From Eledone cirrhosa (lineage: Eukaryota), in NCBI GenBank assembly GCA_964016885.1, contig OZ024747.1:50964001-51028000 (forward strand): a DNA stretch of 64,000 nucleotides, in the 5' to 3' direction. This document shows, in pieces, positions 12,631-26,350 of the stretch (positions are counted from its first letter, which is position 1; every line of letters begins with the position of its first letter). The translations under genes and the position numbers were made by a program. The notes beneath the pieces were generated by a model. That model searched no databases. It worked only from the letters and a program-made list of their open reading frames with translations, and was not told the origin of the DNA.

Positions 12631-12718
12631 ATTTTCCTATTACCCACCCTACTACCATAAGTATTGAGTACTCTGGTTCGTTATGGTCCTTCTGGTTCCT
12701 TGCCACACCTCCTTCGTT
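12631..12718 (+). mobile_element. PLE family M 3' end
   Basis: TTCCTATTACCCAC...GTATTGAGTACT...CCTTCGTTA followed by (TA)n. Also at 29788-29875, 30654-30790 and 56051-56155. Confidence 0.65.
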
Positions 12719-12723
12719 ATATA

Positions 12724-12854
<131 letters not shown>

Positions 12855-12923
12855 AACATATATATATACATAGATATATATACATAACATATATATATAT
12901 TGAGTCCAGATAATTTTTCGTTT

Positions 12924-12985
<62 letters not shown>

Positions 12986-13138
12986 ATACTTTGGGAGGGT
13001 CATGTTGCCAATAAGAAACACACGCACCAGTTGCTTTCACTTCAATTTATTATAATAAATTTATAATAAATTTATAAATTTATAAATTTCTGGTTGGTTG
13101 GTTGGTTGGTTCCACAACCAGATAGTTGTTTATATATT

Positions 13139-13181
13139 GTCATAGTTCTTTCGTCACACACTCTGTGACCTCTTCAGTGAC
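13139..13181 (-). ncRNA. Minimal hammerhead ribozyme (family A)
   Basis: GTCA CTGAAGA G GTCACA GAGTG TGTGAC GAAA GAAC TA/TGAC. Lies about 200 nt after the GIY-YIG stop. Confidence 0.72.
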
Positions 13182-13382
13182 TGGGGATTCCTTTCTTTGT
13201 TTCTGTGCCTCTCCTTTGTTCTGTCCTACGCCATTTTGTTTCTGTGTGTGTGTTGTGTGCTCAGTCTGCGCATGCGCCACATCCGGGTGTCTGTGTGTGT
13301 TTATGTTCATTTATTTATTTATTTGTTTATTTACATGTTACTGGTTGGTTGTTTGTCCTGTGTGTGTGTTTTCATTTTGTCC

Positions 13383-13826
13383 TTAATTGTAAGTTGTGAT
13401 GTTGCTGTTCCACTCATATTTTCTATTTAATTTTGGTTGTAATTCTTTTATGTTTATTGCCTCTGTAATTTGTCTAAACATTGCGTCTTTTCTGTGTGTA
13501 GATTCTATTTTTATTTCTATGTTCTCTAATTTACCCTTGTGTTCTATTTTAGCATGTTGGTAGAGTACAGATGATTCTTTATTATCTTGAAGGTCTCGCC
13601 AGTGTTCATTTATCCGTTCTCCTACACTACGAGCTGTCTCACCTATGTACACTATATTTTTGTCTCTACATTGTCCTTCAGTACATCTTATGCTATACAC
13701 TACATTTCTAGTTTTGCAGTTAATATGGGGGCTTATTTTACAGGTTATACATTTCTTATCTATGCATGAGGGTATAACAATATCGGTTTCAACACACGAT
13801 TTCAGATAAAGAATCTTGCTAAACAA
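13383..13826 (-). pseudogene. PLE C-terminal GIY-YIG endonuclease (Neptune-like Cys linker), open fragment
   Basis: CIDKKCITC linker, NCKTRNVVYSIRC...C...VYIGETAR...RINEH...LYQH...EAINI...PKLN. Confidence 0.9.
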
Positions 13827-13837
13827 ATTCAGAAACG

Positions 13838-13946
<109 letters not shown>

Positions 13947-14724
13947 GTTATATATATATATATGAGTATGTGTGTCTGCGTGTATGTATCTGTATGTATG
14001 TGTGTGTATGTATATATAACATATACTATATATATATGAGTGTGTGCGTATGTGTATCTGCGTGTCTGCGTGTATGTATCTGTATATATGTATGTATGTA
14101 TGAGTGTGTATTTGTATTGGTTTCAGTCATTGGATTGAAAGGTTTTAATCAATACTATCTCATGTTATCTCTATTTGAGGAACAGCTATGTTCCAGGGAA
14201 TAATTAAACGCCACCGATTGTTAAGAGGTGCCAACGCAAAAAGGAACATGCACACACACTCACACACATACACACACATATATACATTCACATATACACA
14301 CTGTCAAACAGAAACGCACACATACACATACATATACACACACATACATACACAAACATACGCAAACAAAAATGCGCACACACGAGCGTGCGCATACATG
14401 CACACACAGACAAATGGAAGCAGAGACACACACGTGTGTGTGTGAGTGTACGTGTGTGTGTGTGTGTGTGTGTGCGTGTATGTGTATGTGTGTGTGTACG
14501 TAAGAATAAAATATATGGCTAAAGACAGGAAAATTACACAGTGGTGAGATGGCACACAGACAGTACCATCTCACCACTCGACCGTTAGACATACGATGAT
14601 TAAGTGATAAATATATATATATGTATATATATTCATTAGTTAAGCAAAACAAGACCACAAATTTCACAAGGAAGACATTATTAAAAGATCGTCAACATAT
14701 TTAGTTTGATGTAAGGAATGTAGA

Positions 14725-14726
<2 letters not shown>

Positions 14727-14809
<83 letters not shown>
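14727..14809. repeat. (AAT)n microsatellite
   Basis: Pure AAT run that resumes at 15121 after the inserted LINE fragment. Confidence 0.95.
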
Positions 14810-14810
<1 letters not shown>

Positions 14811-15121
14811 TTTTCTTTATTAACCACAAGGGTTCATATAAAGTAGACATTAAGGACAGTACAGGACAATACAGGACGGTACAAATGGGCATTTCTGCGT
14901 GTAAAAAAGCAGAGGTTGAAATAAAAATAACAAAGAAAACTTCCCCAATAGGGGGGGAGACTTCCAAGGGACATTTGTGGAGAAAGCCCATTAAAAGACC
15001 ACAGTGGCCCTGACCAGCAGGGCAAGTGCCCTCTCCCAGTTTTCCACCTTTAATTTACAGACACATACTCAGAGAAGGCCCATTCATTCGGGCCATACTT
15101 GCTTCTCTCACCCATCTTTCA
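14810..15121 (-). mobile_element. Tx1-type LINE 3' fragment inside an (ATT)n array
   Basis: Encodes ERWVREASMARMNGPSLSMCL*, homologous to the 24-kb fragment. Ends TTGTGGTTAATAAAGAAAAC+(ATT)n with the same repeat on the 5' side. Confidence 0.75.
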
Positions 15122-15137
15122 ATAATAATAATAATAA

Positions 15138-15327
15138 TAATTGTTTCTACATTAGGCACAAGGCCAGCAATTACCCAGTGCATTACTGGTACTTTATTTT
15201 ATCGACCTCGTAAGGATGAAAGGCAAAGTCAACCTCGGCGGGATTTGAACTCAGATCGAAAAGGGACGTAACTATGCTGCAAAGCATGGCGTCCGACCCT
15301 CTACCGATACTGCCAATCCACCGCCTT
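15138..15327 (-). mobile_element. Dominant SINE
   Basis: Full-length match, flanked by (AAT)n. Confidence 0.85.
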
Positions 15328-15582
15328 AATAATAATAATAATAATAATGCCCGTTAATGTCTTCCTTGTGAAATTCGTGGTCTTGTTTTGCTTAACTAAT
15401 GAATATTTCCAGCTCTGCGCACCTAACCTCTGCATGAACCCAGCCACCTAGCTGCTTTCTACTGCATATTGCACATTGTGCACATGCCTTTACGCTTTGG
15501 CATCTAACTAACTCACCAATCTTTCCTCTCATATCTCCTCTACTATCTCAATCTCTCTCTTTAAGGTTGGTTACTCTTGAAC

Positions 15583-15711
<129 letters not shown>

Positions 15712-15750
15712 TTAGAAGGTAAACGGGACGTAAATGAGAGAAGAAAAGTA

Positions 15751-15858
15751 TCCCTTCATCAGCTGTTTACTACAGATCATAAATGTTTCGCCGCTTAAAA
15801 CAAAACATCGATCTGTAGCGCGCCCATGGCCTTTTATCCGTCAAAAGGCCACGAGGGA
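15751..15858 (-). ncRNA. Candidate structured RNA with CUGAUGA in a three-helix junction (not a canonical HHR)
   Basis: TCCCT/AGGGA, CGTGGCCTTTT/AAAAGGCCATG and CTACAGATC/GATCTGTAG helices. Junction TAAACAGCTGATGA. Same layout at 27541-27642. Confidence 0.5.
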
Positions 15859-15941
15859 AAGAAGCGATAGTGGAGAGAGGGGAAGAAGATATACATACGC
15901 ACACACACACATACACATACACACACCACACACACACACAC

Positions 15942-15988
<47 letters not shown>

Positions 15989-16205
15989 TATGGAATACTG
16001 TTGGCTTTGTGCTACAATATTTTTCTATACCTTTCATTTATATATATATATATATGTATGTATATTCGTCAAATCGGACCGAGGAAACAAAGTTTCCATT
16101 GGTGTTTACATTTGCTAATACTATCTATCGGTCGCAAATCCATGTAGAAGGAGCGAAGTGAAATAAATTGTCTTGCTCAAGGATATAGCGCATCGCCCGG
16201 TCCGG

Positions 16206-16260
<55 letters not shown>

Positions 16261-16397
16261 AAACAACCAGCTATCCACAAAATACTAATTAGTTAGCACA
16301 CCAAACACTAAATTGGGAGAATAGTTAGGTATATCCGAATGTTTGTTGAAAGAGATGAAGTTGGTCAGAGTATCGCTTAAGGCTTTCTCTGTTAATG

Positions 16398-16432
<35 letters not shown>

Positions 16433-16438
<6 letters not shown>

Positions 16439-16560
16439 CAAGGTTTAACAAATAAGAAAAAGTTTCAAAATAAATTTTTAAAAATTAACTTTACTTAAGT
16501 TAAGTTAATTTTTTAAAATTTATTTTGAAACTTTTTCTTATTTGCTAAACCTTGATTATA
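16433..16560. repeat. ~125-bp AT-rich near-perfect palindrome
   Basis: TATAATCAAGGTTTAACAAATAAGAAAAAGTTTCAAAATAAA... mirrored by ...TTTATTTTGAAACTTTTTCTTATTTGCTAAACCTTGATTATA. Confidence 0.8.
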
Positions 16561-17429
16561 TATTTTCTGGGTCGTTAATTTATTAACCTGCCATTGAACC
16601 ACATTGGCATATGGTTGGACAATACATGTGTCCCTTAGCGCCTTGTGCGTGTAGGAACATATACTCTATTATATATATATATATATATAGTATTTAGTTT
16701 GACAACAATACCTTAACATCAGTTTGAGCGACCAGTTACAGCCAGTTTCAACAGAAAAAGGTAGAGAATTCTGGCCAGTTTGGGCCGGTTTGAACATTAA
16801 AGTGTTAAATACAGTAAAACTAAATGTATGTTTATTATATATAAACATACTATATATGACTTCATATAACACTATGGACGATGTATATAAATATACATAA
16901 GTTGTGTGTTTGTGCCTGTGTGGTTGTGCGTGTCTGTGTATGTGAATGTGTATATGTGTCAGTGTGTATGTTTGTGTGTATATATGTGTGTGTGTGTCTA
17001 TGTGTATGTATGTGTACGTCTGTGTATGTGTGTATGTGTGTATGTGTGTGCATATCTGACTAGCCTGTTGTGTTCTTCAACAATGTACTAAATCTACGTG
17101 GATCCTTCTGCCAGGAGAGTTGTGACCGGCAGAGGGTATCAGCAATAGAAACATATTTCCCTTCATATCTCTTTGTACAAAACGGACAAAATGGTTGTCA
17201 CTGAATATCCTGTTGTCATGGAGTGAACACCGTCTACACAACAATAACAAAGATTTCTCCTAACTTTAATGTTATACCTAATTGTGTATGGTTGACGGTA
17301 TATTTAGTCGATGTCCACGTGCTGTTGAAATGTTGGGTAAATATTCTATGGCGGCCGCGGTATATATATAGAGATTTCTACTATAAGCTCAAGGTCAACA
17401 ATTTTAGTAGAGAAAGTTGATTAAATCCA

Positions 17430-17985
17430 CCCCAGTTCATTACTGGTACTTTATTTTATCGACCCCGCAACGCTAACCTCGGCGGGATTTGAACGCTGTA
17501 CGTAAAGAGCTGTAACTCTATGCCGCAAAGCATTTTATCCGACCCTCTACCGATACTGCCAATCAACCACCCTACAATAATAATTGTTTCTACTATTGGC
17601 ACAAGGCCAGCAATTACCCAGTGCATTACTGGTACTTTATTTTATCGACCCCGTAAGGATGAACGGCAAAGTTAACCTCGGCGGGATTTGAAATCAGAAT
17701 GGCAAGGGCCGTAACTCTATGCATCAAAGCATGGTACCCGACCCTCTACGGATACTGCTAATATAATAATGATTTCTAGTATAGGCACAAGGCCAGTAAT
17801 TGTTGGGGAGAGGGGAAAGTCGATTAAAACGACCACAGTACATTACTGGTATTTTATTTTATCGACCCCGCAAGGATGAAAGACAAAGTTAACCTCGGCG
17901 GGATTTGAACTCAGATCATAAAGGGCCGTAACTCTATGCTACAAAGTATGGCGTCCGACCCTCTACCGATACTGCCAATCCAACA
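17430..17985 (-). mobile_element. Three tandem dominant SINEs (the last is a longer variant)
   Basis: Copies at ~17430-17572, 17582-17760 and 17768-17985. The last has an extra TGTTGGGGAGAGGGGAAAGTCGATTAAAACGA segment. Confidence 0.85.
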
Positions 17986-18226
17986 CACTACAATGCTAAT
18001 AATAGCAATAACCATTAGAAATGGTTGAGGAAATGTTTATTTTCTTATCGCAAAATCTTCGTTAGGCACACGAGATTTGATGAGAGGTGTCTCAGGTTGT
18101 TAGGTGCAAGCTAAACTGTGTATTCCCATTGCAAACATGTAATCTCGTGTTCAATCCTATTACACGGCGCCAAAGGCAAGAGTTTTCTACTATAAACACG
18201 GTTCATTAACATTTTTTTTGCCTGTC

Positions 18227-18273
<47 letters not shown>

Positions 18274-18494
18274 GGAGGTGAGTTTTATTGTAGTACAATA
18301 AAGCAATGAAGATATCGGATGAGAAGGACTCTACAGTTTGTAGGACTGCAGTATACATAATATATAAGAACAATAGATGGTTAAAAGAGTTCCATGTATT
18401 TTATTATGCGCATTTCAAAAACAATATGTTGATATGTTGATTTAAAACTGAACTATCCACAAGTGTTTTTTAACCTTCATATCATGTCTTCATG

Positions 18495-18561
18495 TTTTAT
18501 CTGATGAAAACACAAATATTATTGCATGATGATATTTGTTTTTGAAATGCGCATAATAAAA
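18495..18561 (+). ncRNA. Hammerhead ribozyme (family B)
   Basis: TTTTAT CTGATGA [AAACACAAATATTAT...TGATATTTGTTTTT] GAAA TGCGCA TA/ATAAAA, palindromic stem III. Inside a PLE island (18271-18598) with an inverted arm. Confidence 0.8.
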
Positions 18562-18611
18562 TACATGGAACTCTTTTAACCATCTTTTGTTCTTATATAT
18601 TATATATATAT

Positions 18612-18807
18612 AACGAAGGAATTGTGGTAAGGAAATGTGGTAAGGAACCAGGTGGACCATAACGCACCAAAGTACTCAATACTTGAGGTAGTAGAGTGGG
18701 TAATAGGAACCAGTAAGACCCCGACGGCTGAGCTCAAGCCGTTTCGACGTCCAGAATTGGCCGTCGAAACGGCTTGTGCTCAGCTGTCGGGGTCTTACTG
18801 GTTCCTA
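18612..18807. mobile_element. PLE family M fold-back insertion
   Basis: Inverted arms around CGTCCAGAATTGGCCG, TA flanks. Confidence 0.7.
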
Positions 18808-19006
18808 TATATATATATATATATATATATATTGAGTATATGTTGGTTGTTTGCCGACACCTCAGTGGAGCACTCGACGAAGTGCCCAGGTTGGTTTGGT
18901 TACTCCGGAGTAATGTAAAATAAACTAAAATAAATAAGTCAAACATTTAAAATTTAGCTTCGTTTATTTCTGCTATATATATTTCGGTGACACCACACTA
19001 ATTCGG

Positions 19007-19061
19007 ACTGCCTGAAGAGGTCACAGCCAAAGATGGCTGTCACCGAAATATATATAGCAGT
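19007..19061 (+). ncRNA. Hammerhead ribozyme (family C)
   Basis: ACTGC CTGAAGA GGTCACAGCCA AAGA TGGCTGTCACC GAAA TATATA TA/GCAGT. Inverted partial arm at ~18917-18992. Confidence 0.88.
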
Positions 19062-19112
19062 AATAAACGAAGCTAAATTTTAAATATTTGACTTATTTAT
19101 TTTATTTTATTT

Positions 19113-19164
<52 letters not shown>

Positions 19165-19176
19165 TGTGTGTGTATG

Positions 19177-19280
<104 letters not shown>

Positions 19281-19367
19281 TTATTCCGGTTTGAATCGGG
19301 GGTAACCACAGTGAGTAAGGTACTCAATACATATATAGCAGAGTATAAATGTTTTAATATAGAAAAT

Positions 19368-19462
19368 CTTCCACAGGACTAGAACTGTTTCATTCTTGAG
19401 AAATCATCAGGAAGCTTCCTGTTGATTTCTCACGAATGAAACAGTTCTAGTCCTGTAGAAGC
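19368..19462. ncRNA. Head-to-head pair of mutated family-D hammerheads
   Basis: Palindrome centred on GAAGCTTC. The minus copy has an intact CTGATGA but a GTG triplet. The plus copy has a CTGTTGA core and a GTA triplet. Confidence 0.7.
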
Positions 19463-19476
19463 TTTCCTATATTAAA

Positions 19477-19507
<31 letters not shown>

Positions 19508-19710
19508 TACAGAGAGAGAGAGAGAAAGACGGAGAAATAGAGAATATATTGAAACGTTCGTCGTTAATTCCATAACAAAACAAATTTGAGAGGTCATCGT
19601 CCGCAATACTACGGCTATAAACAGACCCTAACTGTAATAAATATTGTTTGGGCTCCACAAATTGCTATTGAGTCCTGTTTTCAGGGCACGTTTAGTGTGT
19701 TCATCTATAG

Positions 19711-19830
19711 CTGGGTTTCCCAACCTGGGCGATATCGCCCACCGGTGGGCGATTTCAACTATCGGGTGGGCGATGAACGAATTTTTAGGAAATGGTGGGT
19801 GATCTAAAACTTTGGTGGGCGACAAATGAT
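19711..19830. mobile_element. Possible hAT (Charlie-like) terminus
   Basis: CTGGGTTTCCCAACCT start followed by repeated TGGGCGA subterminal motifs. The other end was not found. Confidence 0.4.
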
Positions 19831-20123
19831 TTTCGGTAATTAAGTATGTTATTGATCATATAACAGCCGGTATGCTGTAATCACAGAGCTCAGATTCGCT
19901 CTTCCCTAGTATGTCTGCACTAGCTGCATCGCATCAGCCTCAAGGATCAGACTGAAAGCTAAATATGGTGAGTTTGTTGAATATTTAAGACATATAATGT
20001 ATCATTTTTCAATTTTGTTTCATTGAGAAACATTTAGCAATCAAAACCTTCATTCTTCTCAATAACGTGTCAACTCCGAATGGCCATTTTGCAATATTTC
20101 ATTTTTTAAGCAACCCTTCTGAA

Positions 20124-20510
20124 TAATTGTTTCTACTTTTGGCACAAGGCCAGCAATTAACCAGTGTATTACTGGTACTTTATTTTATCGACCCCGTAAG
20201 GATGAAAGGCAAAGTTAACCTCGGCGGGATTTGAACTCAGAATGGCAAGGGGCGTAACTCTATGCGTCAAAGAATGGCATCAGACCCTCTACCGATACTG
20301 CCAATCCACTGAAAATGTAAATAATTGTTTCTACTTTTGGCACAAGGCCAGCAATTACCCAGTGTATTGCTGGTACTTTATTTTATCGACCCGGTAAGGA
20401 TGAAAGGCAAAGTTAACCAGGGCGGGATTTGAACTCCGAATGGCAAGGGCCGTAACTCTATGCGTCAAAGCATGGTGTCCGACTCTCTACCGATACTGCC
20501 AATCGACCGT
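20124..20510 (-). mobile_element. Two tandem dominant SINEs within one TSD
   Basis: CCTTCTGAATAAT on both outer flanks (~20115 and 20511). Confidence 0.85.
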
Positions 20511-20809
20511 CCTTCTGAATAATGCTTTATTTATGCGTCTTTAAAATTACCTGCACAGGTGGGCGAGGGGGATTTTTGTGGGGGGAAAAGTGGCCGACAA
20601 CGACAAAATGGCTGGGAACTCCTGATCTATAGGATAAAGAGAAACCGATATTTACCCGCACACAGACACACACACACGGGGACACAAACTAACACACACA
20701 CATACACACACAGACTAACACACACACACTTACACATACAGATACGAGGACACAGACTAACACACACACACACATGAGGACACGTACTAACATACACACA
20801 CACACAAAC

Positions 20810-20863
<54 letters not shown>

Positions 20864-21390
20864 ACACACACACACACACACAAACTAACACACACACACA
20901 CACACAAACTAACACACACACACACACATACACACACGCACACATACACACACATACTAACACATACACACACACACACGAGGACACAGACTAACACACA
21001 CACACACACATACACACACACAAACACACACACACGCACACACATGCCAGTTAATCTTGAGAGAGAAAGTGAAAAGATGAGAAAACGAGAAAAAAGGAAA
21101 AAACAACTGATATAAGAATATACATATATATACATACGTATATATATATATATGTATACATACATACTTGCATACACACCTGCACATGTGTATATATATA
21201 TATATATATATATGCATACACTGACACACACATATATATATATATATGTGTCTGTTTGTGTGCATACATACATACACGCACACATATATATATGTGTGTA
21301 TTTTTACATATATATCTGTATATTTGTCTATATATATATATATAAAACTATGTATGTGTGTGTGTGTGTGTGTGAGTGTGTGTGAGTGTT

Positions 21391-21443
<53 letters not shown>

Positions 21444-21535
21444 CGTGTTATAAAAATTGTGACATTAATTGTTATTTACATATATATTCACCGGTGGATT
21501 TCTACATGTAAATAATATATATATATATATATAAT

Positions 21536-21572
<37 letters not shown>

Positions 21573-21865
21573 AATAGGGAGACACGAAGCAGTCTTTGTT
21601 TACAAATGGCTAGCGAATTGGAAAATTAGGTAGTAACATGTGCTTACGCCGTATTTGACTAAATAGAATTAGTTGGTACCTTTAAAAACCCCTGAATGGA
21701 AAAAAACACACACAAACAAGGGTACTGACATAGCCGGAACACGAACCCACACCCTTAATTTTTTCCCGGACTAACAAGTTATCTACCTACCTACCATTAC
21801 GATAATACGCCACCCATCTTCTGTCCATGCAATTAGAAAACTATATATATATATATATATATATA

Positions 21866-21993
<128 letters not shown>

Positions 21994-22017
21994 TATATAT
22001 ATATATATATATATATA

Positions 22018-22064
<47 letters not shown>

Positions 22065-22258
22065 GTGTATATATGTATACATGTATAGTTATAAATTTAG
22101 GTATATATATATATTGAGATCCCGAGTGCAATCGAGGGGGGAGCAGAGATGCAAAGTTACTCTATACATTAGTAGAGTGTAAACATCATAATATATATTC
22201 AAATACGTATGTTGATGTATGTATGTATATGTATATATATGCACATATATACATATAT

Positions 22259-22336
<78 letters not shown>

Positions 22337-22353
22337 TTATATATATATACATT

Positions 22354-22443
<90 letters not shown>

Positions 22444-22512
22444 TATATATATATATATATATACATATAAATATATATAAATATATTTTAATTCCAAAGT
22501 ATATATTTATGC

Positions 22513-22554
<42 letters not shown>

Positions 22555-22697
22555 GCATAAATATATACTTTGGAATTAAAATTCTCTCATAAATTAAGGA
22601 TATGTTTATCTTGGGCTGGTCTTCGTTTATGTTATTGGCAGTATCCGTACATACTCACACTGACACTCACATACATGCACTCATTAACAATTATATC

Positions 22698-22758
<61 letters not shown>

Positions 22759-22790
22759 GATATATATACATAATATATATGTATATATAT

Positions 22791-22840
<50 letters not shown>

Positions 22841-22848
22841 CTACATAT

Positions 22849-22892
<44 letters not shown>

Positions 22893-22970
22893 GTATATGT
22901 AGATATATATGCATATGTATGTATATATATATATATAAAAATATATATATATATATATATACATATATAT

Positions 22971-23036
<66 letters not shown>

Positions 23037-23123
23037 CATAATATATATGTATATATATATATTTATATATATATATATTTATACACATACATATACATAT
23101 ATATCTACATATACATATACACT

Positions 23124-23163
<40 letters not shown>

Positions 23164-23166
23164 TAT

Positions 23167-23224
<58 letters not shown>

Positions 23225-23300
23225 CATAATATATATGTATATATATATATTTATATATATATATATTTATACACATACATGTACATATATATCTACATAT

Positions 23301-23471
<171 letters not shown>

Positions 23472-23556
23472 GTGAAAACTTGGACGGGAACAACAAAAAC
23501 AGAGAGGCAGTACAAATGAAAGTTTATTAGGTTCACGCTTGGGGGGGGGGGGGGTG

Positions 23557-23590
23557 AACGACGTTTCGAGCATAAGCCCTTCATCAGGAT
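23557..23590 (-). ncRNA. Ultra-minimal hammerhead (family E)
   Basis: ATC CTGATGA AGGGC TTAT GCTC GAAA C GTC/GTT, stem I has one mismatch. Lies in a TA-flanked island (~23470-23820). Confidence 0.65.
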
Positions 23591-24070
23591 AAAAGTGGGA
23601 AGGAAGAGATTTCCGAGTGAGGGAGTGTGTGGCGGATTGGTGGAAAGAAATTTAGGAAAAAATGGGGGGTGGGGTGGAGAGAAAAGGGAGGAAAACGCTG
23701 GAAGGAGTACAAATGAAAATAAAAATAAACATAAAAATAAACAAGTTGTGGAAGAGTGTGAGGCGTGTAGGGGTGGTGGCGGGTGGAGTTGGGAGAGGGA
23801 GGCGGGGGATCCGAGCGGGATATATATATATATATATAAAATTATATACATATATAGATACAACCATACATACATATACATAGATATTATACAGACATAA
23901 GTTGATATGTAGTTATATATATGTGGATATTCCCAAATATGTTAATATAGTTCTGTATATACACGTGTGCGTGTGTGAACATCTGTGTGAAAATCTCTGC
24001 CGTGTGGATATCTTTGTATGCATCTCTACATTAATCTATCTCTCTCTATCTATCTGCCCATCTATCTATC

Positions 24071-24470
24071 TTTCTTCCGATATCATTTCGGAAGAAGGAT
24101 CAGGATGGAGAGAGAGGTGCTGCACCCCAGCCGTTTCTATGAAAGATGGGTGAAAGTGGCGAGAATGGCCCGTGTGAATGGGCCTTCACTCTACATCAGA
24201 CTATAGGTGAGGAAGATGAAAGACCAAGGGAGCACCCCTTCTCTGTGCTCCTGAGGAGAAGGGTTGCACACTTTTTTCGGGGGTGTGTGCGACCCCCCAA
24301 GGCGCCTCCTCTCTATTGAGGACTTTGTTATAAATTTTATTTTTTGTTATATTTTATTTTATTTTTATATATTGTTATTGCCTCCTCCTTATTGAGGACG
24401 CCTTGTTTTGTAAACTCCCCCCATTGTACTTGTCCCACTTTTGATGCCCTGGTGGCAAATAAAAGAAACA
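24071..24470 (+). mobile_element. Tx1-type LINE 3' fragment in (TATC)n
   Basis: FFRYHFGRRIRMEREVLHPSRFYERWVKVARMARVNGPSLYIRL* then a 3'UTR ending AATAAAAGAAACA+(TATC)n. TATC repeats also lie upstream. Confidence 0.78.
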
Positions 24471-24480
24471 TATCTATCTA

Positions 24481-24692
24481 TGTACAAACTCTTCGTACTC
24501 CTGGAGATGAGGGTTGCACATTTTTGTTCGGGGGTATGTGTTACCCATATAAACTGTCTCCCTCTATTGGGGAAAATCGACTAACTTTTTAAATTCCATC
24601 TATGATAACATTTTACACGTTTTTATTGTATATAAACTTCCCCCTTTGTATTTGTCCCCTTCTTTTGTGCCCCTGTGGCTAATAAAGAAATA
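24481..24692 (+). mobile_element. Second Tx1-type 3'UTR fragment in tandem
   Basis: Shares GGGTTGCACA...TTCGGGGGT...CTCTATTG with the preceding copy. Ends GTGGCTAATAAAGAAATA+(TATC)n. Confidence 0.75.
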
Positions 24693-24731
24693 TATCTATC
24701 TATCTATCTATCTATCTATCAATCTATCTAT

Positions 24732-24830
<99 letters not shown>

Positions 24831-24868
24831 TCTATCAATCAATCTATCTATCTATCTATTTATTTATC

Positions 24869-24910
<42 letters not shown>

Positions 24911-25414
24911 AGAGAACGTCAGCAAGACCGAACATCAAGCGTCCGCCTATCTCCCAACCATCTTGCGCCCACTTCCATAATTATCTTTGCTAAATACATT
25001 TATTGCCTTGCATTTATATATTATGTCATTTCCATCAAGTCAAACGAGGGTACGGCCCCCCAATTAATTTGTAAACGCCCTGTTTATACAGGTGTCTATA
25101 CACGAAATTCCCTACACTCATTATATACATTACGATTCCTGCAAAGTTTTGTGTCATTGCTTCTAACACACCAGAACACATGACTTCCAACCGTTTACAA
25201 ACGTTTCCACACTTCAATTTTTTTCCTTTGATATCAACGGCAAATTATTTAAAAACTTTTGGTCATAATATTTATTGTTTACATTTGAAAGAGAGTGCAA
25301 AATAGTGTCGGACGTACTCAACTTTCATCATCTGATTTGATTTTATTTCACCTACGCATATCTAGAAAATATACGCTTATACTAACACATATATGTGTAG
25401 GAATACTTATACAA

Positions 25415-26063
25415 ATATACAGGAACATTAATGCAGACAGATGCTTGTATACACAAACATACATACACATATACACACAGATACACACAGATACACACAG
25501 ATACACACAGATACAGGAACATTAATGCAGACAGATGCTTGTATACACAAACATACATACACATATACACACAGATACACACAGATACACACAGATACAC
25601 ACAGATACAAATATACAGGAACATTAATGCAGGCAGATGCTTGTATACACAAACATACATACACATATACACACATATACACACAGATACACACAGATAC
25701 AAATATACAGGAACATTAATGCAGGCAGATGCTTGTATACACAAACATACATACTCATATACACACATATACACACAGATACACACAGATACAAATATAC
25801 AGGAACATTAATGCAGGCAGATGCTTGTATACACGAACATATATACACATATACACACATATACACACAGATACACACAGATACACACAGATACAAATAT
25901 ACAGGAACATTAATGCAGGCAGATGCTTGTATACAGAAACATACATACACATATACACACATATACACACAGATACACACAGATACAAATATACAGGAAC
26001 ATTAATGCAGGCAGATGCTTGTATACACAAACATACATACACATATACACACATATACACACA
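25415..26063. repeat. Minisatellite, ~7 units of ~90-100 bp
   Basis: Recurrent core ATACAGGAACATTAATGCAGGCAGATGCTTGTATACAC plus variable ACACAGAT repeats. Confidence 0.9.
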
Positions 26064-26280
26064 GACACATTCACACGAATAGACACAGAGAAATACGCAC
26101 ACACTTATACAAGTACGTACAAGTACGTAGATATACACAATCACATTAATACACATGTAAGTAACCCTAAAGAGACTACAAACATACAGTTAAACAGATA
26201 TACAAATACACATGAGATATTATGTTGTATGTATGCATATGTATATGACTATATATACATGTATATGCATAAACACACAT

Positions 26281-26311
<31 letters not shown>

Positions 26312-26350
26312 AATATATATCTGGTTTTTATATATAGTATCTGTTTTTTT

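Noticed and set aside
25415-26063. Repeat-spacer look resembling a CRISPR array
   Set aside because: Eukaryotic context. The spacers are near-identical low-complexity repeats and there are no cas genes.
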